This document shows, piece by piece, positions 57,417-64,000 of a stretch of 64,000 bases of DNA (positions are counted from its first letter, which is position 1; the number at the start of each line of letters is the position of its first letter). Source of the DNA: Bacilli bacterium (lineage in GTDB: Bacteria > Bacillota_I > Bacilli_A > Izemoplasmatales > Hujiaoplasmataceae); assembly GCA_018399755.1 (NCBI GenBank), contig JAGYOE010000002.1, positions 6,531 through 70,530 of the forward strand. The letters are read 5' to 3'. The notes below the pieces were generated by a model. That model worked only from the letters and a program-made list of their open reading frames with translations, was not told the origin of the DNA and searched no databases. Both the position numbers and the translations under genes were made by a program.

Positions 57417-59428
57417 TATTTTCCTCCCTTTTGAAATTTATTTTCTACTAGTTTATCAATAAGGTCTTCATCGGTAATATTAGGCAAAGTAATAAATGAA
57501 TCATTATCTAAACTATTATATTCTTCGCTAGTTGAAATTGCATTTATATTTCTTGCCCAAGCTCTTCTTGATACGCCTGTCATTACATCATGTAACATAG
57601 CAGTTTTTAATATTTCATCTTTTTCATAACTTCCATCTAAAACCATTCCATAACCACCGTTAATTACTTTTCCAATACCAACTCCACCGCCATTATGTAA
57701 AGTAACTAAACTCATTCCTCTAGCACTATTGCCTAGAGCAACTTGAGTAGCCATATCAGCCATAATATTTGAACCATCTTTAATATTTGATGTTTCCCTA
57801 AATGGAGAATCAGTTCCGCCAGTATCATGATGGTCTCTACCAAGCATCACTGGACCGATTTCTTTATTTCTTACCATCTCATTAAATTTTAAAGCAATTT
57901 TCAATCTACCATAAGCATCTTGATAAAGTATTCTTGCTAGAGTACCAACAACTAATTTGTTTTTCTTAGCATCTTTTATCCAGTTATAATTATCTAAATC
58001 TTGGAATCTTCGATTAGGATCAATACAATCCATTGCGGCTTTATCGGTTTTATCTAAATCAATTTGTTTATGTGACAAACAAACCCATCTAAATGGACCA
58101 TAACCATAATCAAATAATACTGGTCCCATGATATCTTCTACATAACTTGGCCAAATAAAACCATCAAGATCATTTTCACCATTCTTGCAAATTTCCTTTA
58201 TACCTGAATCATAGATTGCTTTCATAAAAGAATTTCCGTAATCAAAAAAGTAGGTACCTTGTTTAACCATGCCTTTAATTGCTTTAAAATGTCTTTTTAA
58301 AGTTTCATCTACAATTTTTTTAAATTTTTTAGGATTGTTTTGTAATAATTCCGTTCTTTCTTCAAAACTAATCCCTACAGGACAATATCCGCCATCATAA
58401 ACAGCGTGACAACTTGTTTGATCACTTAATAAATCAATTTTAATTCTATTATTCAGTGAATATTCTAATAAATCCACAATATTACCATGATAAGCAATTG
58501 CCATTGTTCTTTTCGCTTTCATTGCTTCTTTAGCAAACCTAAAAGCTTTTTCTTCACTATCAGTTATTTTATTAACCCAGCCTTGGTTTAAACGAGTTTC
58601 AATTCTTGAATAATCAACTTCCGCAACAATTCCAACTCCACCAGCAATCTCTATAGCCTTGCCTTGAGCTCCACTCATTCCTCCTAAGCCACTGGAAACG
58701 AAAAGTTTACCTGTCAAATCCTTATCATCAGGAATGCCTAGTTTCATTCTTCCCGCATTTAATAGTGTAGAATAAGTTCCATGTACAATTCCTTGTGGGC
58801 CAATATACATCCAACCACCAGCAGTCATTTGACCATAATTAGCAACTCCTAAAGATGATGCCCGGTTAAAACTTTTTAGATTATCGAATTCTCCTATCAT
58901 TAATCCATTAGTGATTATTACTCTTGGAGAACTTTTACTAGATTTAAATAAGCCTAAAGGATGACCAGACATAATAACTAAAGTTTGGTTATCGTTTAAT
59001 TCTTGTAAATATTTTTTTACTAAATTATATTGCATCCAATTTTGAAATACTGATCCAGTTTCCCCATAAGTAACTAACTCATAAGGATAAAGAGCAATGT
59101 CATTATCAAGATTATTATCAATCATTACTTGAAAAGCTTTACCTTCTATGGTTTTTGCTTGATACTCGTCAATTGGTTTGCCATAAATTTTTGTTTTTGG
59201 ATAAAACCTATAACCATAGATTTTTCCTCTAGTTAATAACTCATCTAAAAATTCAGGCGCTAGTTTATCATGCCATTTTTTAGGAATATACCTAAGTGCA
59301 TTTTTAAGAGCTAATTTAGTTTCTGATTTTGTAAGTGAAAAATCTCTTTTAGGAGCTCTTCTTATTCCTTTTTTAAATTTGATAGGTTCTGGCAATTCTT
59401 TAAATATTTCGTCAATTGTAAATTCCAT
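57416..59428 (-). CDS. hutU: Urocanate hydratase (long, 670-aa form)
   Basis: YGQMTAGG, GPQGIVHGT, GLGGMSGAQ, DQTSCH, GPFRW, GRDHHD, HNGGGVG. Confidence 0.98.
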   Translation of the reverse strand: MEFTIDEIFKELPEPIKFKKGIRRAPKRDFSLTKSETKLALKNALRYIPKKWHDKLAPEFLDELLTRGKIYGYRFYPKTKIYGKPIDEYQAKTIEGKAFQVMIDNNLDNDIALYPYELVTYGETGSVFQNWMQYNLVKKYLQELNDNQTLVIMSGHPLGLFKSSKSSPRVIITNGLMIGEFDNLKSFNRASSLGVANYGQMTAGGWMYIGPQGIVHGTYSTLLNAGRMKLGIPDDKDLTGKLFVSSGLGGMSGAQGKAIEIAGGVGIVAEVDYSRIETRLNQGWVNKITDSEEKAFRFAKEAMKAKRTMAIAYHGNIVDLLEYSLNNRIKIDLLSDQTSCHAVYDGGYCPVGISFEERTELLQNNPKKFKKIVDETLKRHFKAIKGMVKQGTYFFDYGNSFMKAIYDSGIKEICKNGENDLDGFIWPSYVEDIMGPVLFDYGYGPFRWVCLSHKQIDLDKTDKAAMDCIDPNRRFQDLDNYNWIKDAKKNKLVVGTLARILYQDAYGRLKIALKFNEMVRNKEIGPVMLGRDHHDTGGTDSPFRETSNIKDGSNIMADMATQVALGNSARGMSLVTLHNGGGVGIGKVINGGYGMVLDGSYEKDEILKTAMLHDVMTGVSRRAWARNINAISTSEEYNSLDNDSFITLPNITDEDLIDKLVENKFQKGGK

Positions 59429-59437
59429 AATATCCCC

Positions 59438-60943
59438 CTAATTCAATAAACTAATAAATGCTTTTGTTTTAACCAAAGCTTCTATTTTATGAATAGATTT
59501 ATACATGATTTCATCATGCTCTATAAATTTGATACTTTTTCTTATATAATCATAAATTTCCCTTGTTTTTGTACTTAATTTATCTATATCATGAAAATCG
59601 ACTGCTTGTAAGTTAGTAAATAATTCCATTGAAATAACTTTATAAGCATTATCAACCACTTCACTTGCTTTTCTTGCGGCATGATTACCCATTGAAACAT
59701 GATCTTCTTGATTAGCCGATGATGGAATTGAGTCTACACTAGCAGGGTGAGACAATACTTTATTTTCACTTACTAAAGCAGCTGCACTATATTGAACTAT
59801 CATAAATCCAGAATTTATACCTGAATTTTTAACTAAAAATGGTGGCAACCCATTGCTTAAACTAGCATTAACCATTCTTTCCAATCTTCTTTCAGAGATA
59901 TTAGCTATTTCACTGACAGCGATTGCAAGATAATCCATAGCTAATGCAAGCGGTTGCCCATGAAAATTCCCGGCACTAATAACCTTTTCTCTATCTGCAA
60001 AAACCAAAGGATTATCAGTTACTGCATTCATTTCTCTTTCGATAATATCGTAGACATAATTTAATGTATCTAAACTAGCTCCTAATACTTGTGGCGAACA
60101 ACGTAATGAATAAGCATCTTGTACTCGTAATTCACCTTGTTTAGTGGTTAGTTTAGAATCTTTTAAAATCTCTTTTACAGCCTTAGCAACATATATTTGC
60201 CCAGATTGATTTCTTAATTCATGTATTTGATTATCAAATACATCAGTTATCCCTCTTAAAGCTTCCATTGTCAATGCATAAGTATATTTTGTCAGGTTAA
60301 ATAAATTAAGTGCTTCAAATAAGGTTAAAGCCGCAATGCTAGTAATGGCTTGAGTTCCGTTTATTAAAGCTAATCCTTCTTTTGCTTCTAGGTTAGATAA
60401 AGGTTTAATCCCTGCTTTTTCTAAACCTAGTTTAGCATCGTATTCTTTACCTTGATAGATTACTTCACCTAAACCAATTAAAGGTAAAGACATATGCGAC
60501 AATGGTGCTAAATCACCACTAGCCCCTAAAGAACCTTTGGCATAAACAACTGGAGTAATACTCTTATTTAAAAATTCTACCATTTTCTCAATTGCTAAAT
60601 AGCGGATTCCACTATAACCTTTAATTAACGCATTAACTCTTAATAAAAGCATACCCCTTACAATTGTTTCTGACAGTTTTTCTCCAACACCACAGGCATG
60701 AGATTTAATTAAATTTTCCTGTAATTGGTTTGTTTTATCTTTACTGATAGAAATATCGCTTAACTTCCCAAATCCAGTATTAATTCCATAGGTTGGTTCA
60801 CCTGAATCTAGGACTTTTTGGACATATGCTTGTGCTTTATTTACTTTTTGTATTGCAAATTTAGCTACTTCTACTTTTTCTTTATCTATAACTATTTTTA
60901 TAAATTTTTCAAAGTTTAGATTATCACCATTTATTGTTATCAA
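59438..60943 (-). CDS. hutH: Histidine ammonia-lyase
   Basis: YGINTGFG, SH, MIO motif GASGDL, NGT, QDAYSLRC, GNFHG, QEDHVSM. Confidence 0.98.
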   Translation of the reverse strand: MITINGDNLNFEKFIKIVIDKEKVEVAKFAIQKVNKAQAYVQKVLDSGEPTYGINTGFGKLSDISISKDKTNQLQENLIKSHACGVGEKLSETIVRGMLLLRVNALIKGYSGIRYLAIEKMVEFLNKSITPVVYAKGSLGASGDLAPLSHMSLPLIGLGEVIYQGKEYDAKLGLEKAGIKPLSNLEAKEGLALINGTQAITSIAALTLFEALNLFNLTKYTYALTMEALRGITDVFDNQIHELRNQSGQIYVAKAVKEILKDSKLTTKQGELRVQDAYSLRCSPQVLGASLDTLNYVYDIIEREMNAVTDNPLVFADREKVISAGNFHGQPLALAMDYLAIAVSEIANISERRLERMVNASLSNGLPPFLVKNSGINSGFMIVQYSAAALVSENKVLSHPASVDSIPSSANQEDHVSMGNHAARKASEVVDNAYKVISMELFTNLQAVDFHDIDKLSTKTREIYDYIRKSIKFIEHDEIMYKSIHKIEALVKTKAFISLLN

Positions 60944-60965
60944 AATATCACCATCTTTCCTTTAT

Positions 60966-61003
60966 ATTATATCAATGCAAGGGCAAAAAATAAAGCGCTT
61001 TCT
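60966..61003 (-). promoter_or_regulatory. hut operon promoter with cre-like site
   Basis: Minus-strand AGAAAGCGCTTTAT (60990-61003) over the -35 region, then TGATATAAT extended -10. Confidence 0.55.
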
Positions 61004-61019
61004 AAAACATAAAACAAAC

Positions 61020-61056
61020 AAAAAGTTGCTAAAATTAATTAGCAACTTTTATTTTT
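61020..61056 (-). terminator. Terminator after the lipoprotein gene
   Basis: AAAAGTTGCTAA-AATTAA-TTAGCAACTTTT. Confidence 0.8.
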
Positions 61057-61065
61057 AATCTTTAA

Positions 61066-62055
61066 TTATTCAACTTTTGCGAATACTGCTTCTAATACAG
61101 TTTCGTATGCATTAGTAGTTACTGTAACACCAGCTACAGAGTCTTGAACGTTAAATGAACTTTCCCAGCCGTTTTCTTCAATATAATCAGTAATCATATT
61201 TACTTGTTCGAACCATTCAAGTTTATTATTGTCTTCTAACCAAGTTTCATATTCAGCCATTGTTGGAGTATCATCAGTTTCAGAATAAGTACCATAATGC
61301 ATTTTGTAATCATAACCTAATTCTTGTTTAGTGTTATCTTTCCATGCAAATGTTCCTTCATCTACAGTAGATTGTAAAGTATCAATAACTAATTCTTCAA
61401 TATCTCCGTTGTCATCAAGATCTAATGTTGCCCATACTACTTGAGGAGCACCATAATTAACTGAAACAGAGTAAGCTTTAGTAATACCATCTTTAGCTTG
61501 TTGAACAGCTTCAGCAGCTAAAGTAGTATATCCACCATCAGATACAGTTACACCAGCAACATTGTCAATTTCTCCATCAACAACATCTACTGAATCAAAA
61601 CCATTTTCTAACCAATATTCTTCAATTAGTTCAGCTTGTTCAAACCATTCAAGTTTGTCATTCTCATCTAACCAAGTTTCATATTCAGCCATTGTTGGTG
61701 TATCATCAGTTTCAGAATAAGCATTGTAATGCATTTTATAATCATATCCTAATTCTTTCTTAGTATTTTCATTCCACTCGAAAGTTTCACCATCTGATTG
61801 TAAAGCATCAATGAAATAGTCAACTACTTCACCATCTTCTACTGTTACTGTTACACTAGTAATCATTGGAGCACCATAATGTTCTCCAATTTCAAAAGCC
61901 ATGAATTCTCCGTCTACTTTAAATTCTGTAGCTTCTGTTGTTTCTTCTGTTGTTTGTTTTGTTGTTTCATCTGTTTCTGTTGTATCGTCACCGTTACATG
62001 CAGCAAATCCCAATACCAAGAAAGCCGCAAACAAAACCATTAATAATTTTTTCAT
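61066..62055 (-). CDS. Lipoprotein with two tandem FMN-binding-like (PplA-type) domains
   Basis: Lipobox FAA-C, Thr/Glu-rich linker, two copies of TK.ELGYDY.M...EWFEQ...D.VAGVT. Confidence 0.65.
   Translation of the reverse strand: MKKLLMVLFAAFLVLGFAACNGDDTTETDETTKQTTEETTEATEFKVDGEFMAFEIGEHYGAPMITSVTVTVEDGEVVDYFIDALQSDGETFEWNENTKKELGYDYKMHYNAYSETDDTPTMAEYETWLDENDKLEWFEQAELIEEYWLENGFDSVDVVDGEIDNVAGVTVSDGGYTTLAAEAVQQAKDGITKAYSVSVNYGAPQVVWATLDLDDNGDIEELVIDTLQSTVDEGTFAWKDNTKQELGYDYKMHYGTYSETDDTPTMAEYETWLEDNNKLEWFEQVNMITDYIEENGWESSFNVQDSVAGVTVTTNAYETVLEAVFAKVE
61208..61775 (-). repeat. Intragenic direct repeat (about 135 bp copies at ~61208-61343 and ~61640-61775, period 432 bp)
   Basis: Near-identical segments TCTAACCAAGTTTCATATTCAGCCATTGTTGG(A/T)GTATCATCAGTTTCAGAATAAG. 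Confidence 0.9.
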
Positions 62056-62375
62056 TCTGTAAACCTATCCCTTCTAAAAATAATTTATAAATTTAAGTCC
62101 ATATAAAATATAACACATTCGTTATGTTATTGCAACTAAATTTCAGTGATTTATTTACTTTTTTGTTAACATTTTATCTATTAATAAACAGCCTTTTATT
62201 CAATATATAGTTAATTTAAAACATATGTCAATTAACTGAAATTGATTATCTTTATATTTAGGCATTTTTGTATCTATATATAATATGTTATTTCATTCAA
62301 ATCATATATTTTTCATTATAATAAAAGACTGTATTTCAAATGAAACACAGCGCCTATATTTTTTATTATTTATTT

Positions 62376-62668
62376 TCAAATGTTCTTTAAAAATTGTTGT
62401 AATTCTTCTGCGGCATCTTTTCTTAATCGGCTTGCCAACCATGACTTTGCTCTCTTTATTCAATAAAGCAATTGCCATTTCTTTACAAACCAGATGCCCA
62501 CAAGCACCACAATTGTATTTTGGTAATACACTCTACAACTTCATCAATTATAGTGGGATCTTCTTCTACATAGAAGACTTTTGCAACAAAACTAATTAAT
62601 AATCCTAAAACAAAGCCTATAGCAGCTAAAACACCTGCAGGTACAAGTATACTTATTATAAAATCCAT
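62376..62668 (-). pseudogene. rnfB: Short RnfB (membrane anchor plus N-terminal FeS domain), frameshifted
   Basis: Frame 1 reads MDF..FYVEEDP..; a shifted frame continues VLPKYNCGACGHLVCKEMAIALL..KP; a second shift gives DAAEELQQFLKNI*. It directly follows rnfA. Confidence 0.7.
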
Positions 62669-62672
62669 TCAA

Positions 62673-63242
62673 TCAATCCCCAAATCTAGTAAAGATGATT
62701 GCTAACACTGCTGCAACAATTAAAGCTATCGGTGCGCCTTTAAAAGCTTTTGGAACTGGCGCACGACCCAGTTTTTCTCTCATCATTGAGAAAATATAAA
62801 TCACGAATAAGAACCCTAAGCCAATGAATGTTGTATAAACTAACATCTCAATAAAGCTATGGCCATTAGTAATATTTAATACCGCAACCCCTAAGACCGC
62901 ACAATTAGTTGTGATAAGCGGTAAGTAAATACCTAAAGCCTTATATAAAGATGGGGATACTTTTTTTAAGAAGGTTTCAACCATTTGAACTAATGCTGCA
63001 ATCACTAAAATAAACACAATTGTTCGCATATATACTATATCTAGCGTTTCTAACACATATGTATATAACACCCATGTTACTGAAGAAGATATTAGCATTA
63101 CAAAGATTACCGCAAAACCCATTCCTAGAGCAGAACTTCTTTTAGTTGAAACTCCAATAAAAGGGCAAATTCCTAAAAATTGGGTTAAGATAATATTTTG
63201 TAATATAAAAGCCGAAAAAGCTAGTGCAATTAAATTATCCAT
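62673..63242 (-). CDS. rnfA: Rnf electron transport complex subunit A
   Basis: FLGICPFIGVS, LGIYLPLITTNCAVLG, P..FKG.PI. Confidence 0.95.
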   Translation of the reverse strand: MDNLIALAFSAFILQNIILTQFLGICPFIGVSTKRSSALGMGFAVIFVMLISSSVTWVLYTYVLETLDIVYMRTIVFILVIAALVQMVETFLKKVSPSLYKALGIYLPLITTNCAVLGVAVLNITNGHSFIEMLVYTTFIGLGFLFVIYIFSMMREKLGRAPVPKAFKGAPIALIVAAVLAIIFTRFGD

Positions 63243-63912
63243 TAGATTTCACTTCCTTTTCTTTCTCTGCCATTCTTGCTTTGAAACGATTAGTAATCGC
63301 AATAATAATTGCTAGAATAAATCCTAAAGAAATAAATGCTCCTGCAGGTTTAATAAACATATCTATTGGTTCTATTCTTAGAAAATCAAAGATAAAGGTT
63401 AAATCCACTTGTAAACTTTTCCAAATTGTTAATACTCCTGCCCCTAAAAATTCTCTAAAAATACTTACTAACATTATCGCTAAACCAAATCCAAATGCCA
63501 TTCCTAAACCATCAATTACTGAATCAATTGGTTTATTCTCAGAAGCAAATGCTTCTGCTCTACCTAAGATAATGCAGTTAACCACAATCAAAGGAATAAA
63601 GATGCCTAAAGAGTTATATAGTTCTATTAAATAAGCATGCATTAACATCTCAACCACTGTAACTAAAGTTGCAATTACTACAATATATACAGGTATTCTA
63701 ACCGGTTTAACAAGGTTTGCTAGTTTATCATTATGCATAATTAATGAAATTATAAAATTTGATAAAACTAAAACAAAAATTACCGCAATAGTCATGCCAA
63801 TCGCATTTTCTAGCGAGGTTGTAACTGCTAAAGTCGGACATAATCCAAGTAATGCAACAAATATAGGGTTTTCTTTAAATATACCTTTTAAGAAATTTTC
63901 TTTTTTAGTCAT
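63235..63912 (-). CDS. rnfE: Rnf electron transport complex subunit E
   Basis: ENP.FV.LLGLCPTLAVT, RIP, FIPLIVVNCIILGRAEAFA, P.GAF. Confidence 0.96.
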   Translation of the reverse strand: MTKKENFLKGIFKENPIFVALLGLCPTLAVTTSLENAIGMTIAVIFVLVLSNFIISLIMHNDKLANLVKPVRIPVYIVVIATLVTVVEMLMHAYLIELYNSLGIFIPLIVVNCIILGRAEAFASENKPIDSVIDGLGMAFGFGLAIMLVSIFREFLGAGVLTIWKSLQVDLTFIFDFLRIEPIDMFIKPAGAFISLGFILAIIIAITNRFKARMAEKEKEVKSNG

Positions 63913-63915
63913 CTG

Positions 63916-64000
63916 TTACACCCCCATATCACTTTCAACTCTGTCAGCTATGGTACTAAATATCTCTCTCATAGCATTAGAAGTATAAGTGGCTCCAGCT
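63916..64000 (-). CDS. rnfG: RnfG C-terminus (partial)
   Basis: Manual translation AGATYTSNAMREIFSTIADRVESDMGV*, containing the flavinylation-type GAT.TS motif; immediately upstream of rnfE. Confidence 0.8.
   Translation of the reverse strand, partial: AGATYTSNAMREIFSTIADRVESDMGV

Noticed and set aside
61208-61775. Direct repeat as a CRISPR array or mobile-element end
   Set aside because: Only two copies, in frame within a protein, with synonymous-type differences; this is a domain duplication
62285-62599. 104-aa plus-strand ORF
   Set aside because: Antisense to the degraded rnfB, low-complexity composition, no SD
4388-63988. Short overlapping ORFs in the track (e.g. 4388-4585, 4931-5173, 8735-9016, 19364-19570, 21375-21647, 28460-28708, 28802-29059, 30463-31608, 34867-40363 minus-strand, 43598-45091, 47929-49141, 52883-57346, 63224-63988)
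   Set aside because: They are antisense shadows of well-supported genes, with no family motifs or ribosome-binding sites that I could recognise

Overview
AT-rich chromosomal window with no visible mobile element, tRNA, rRNA or CRISPR array. It uses genetic code 11 (TGG = Trp, TGA = stop). Gene content and Bacillus-like synteny (polC; gmk-rpoZ; polA-mutM-coaE-dnaB-dnaI-thrS with a T-box; ccpA-tyrS; rimM-trmD-rplS) suggest a free-living, wall-less Bacilli/Mollicutes-related anaerobe such as Izemoplasmatales or Acholeplasmatales. That assignment is an inference. The right half is anaerobic amino-acid catabolism and redox: a nine-gene citrulline/ornithine operon (arcB-arcC-ord-ortAB-oraSE-GlmL-like-orr), GTP-dependent PEPCK, a folate-dependent histidine utilisation operon with transaldolase, and the 3' end of an rnf operon (G-E-A plus a short, frameshifted B) followed by a lipoprotein with two FMN-binding-like repeats. 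The most notable candidates are: (1) an operon of a serine palmitoyltransferase-like enzyme, an SDR reductase and a 2-hydroxyacid dehydrogenase, suggesting sphingolipid synthesis in a Mollicutes-like organism; (2) Rnf with a minimal RnfB next to a putatively flavinylated surface lipoprotein; (3) a perfect palindromic operator for a DUF134 regulator; (4) translation oddities (CTG start of gmk, hairpin-bridged ribosome-binding site of pckG, N-terminally extended RpoZ); (5) a pan-like RNA hairpin before panT-coaX. All family calls come from motif recognition; no searches were run.
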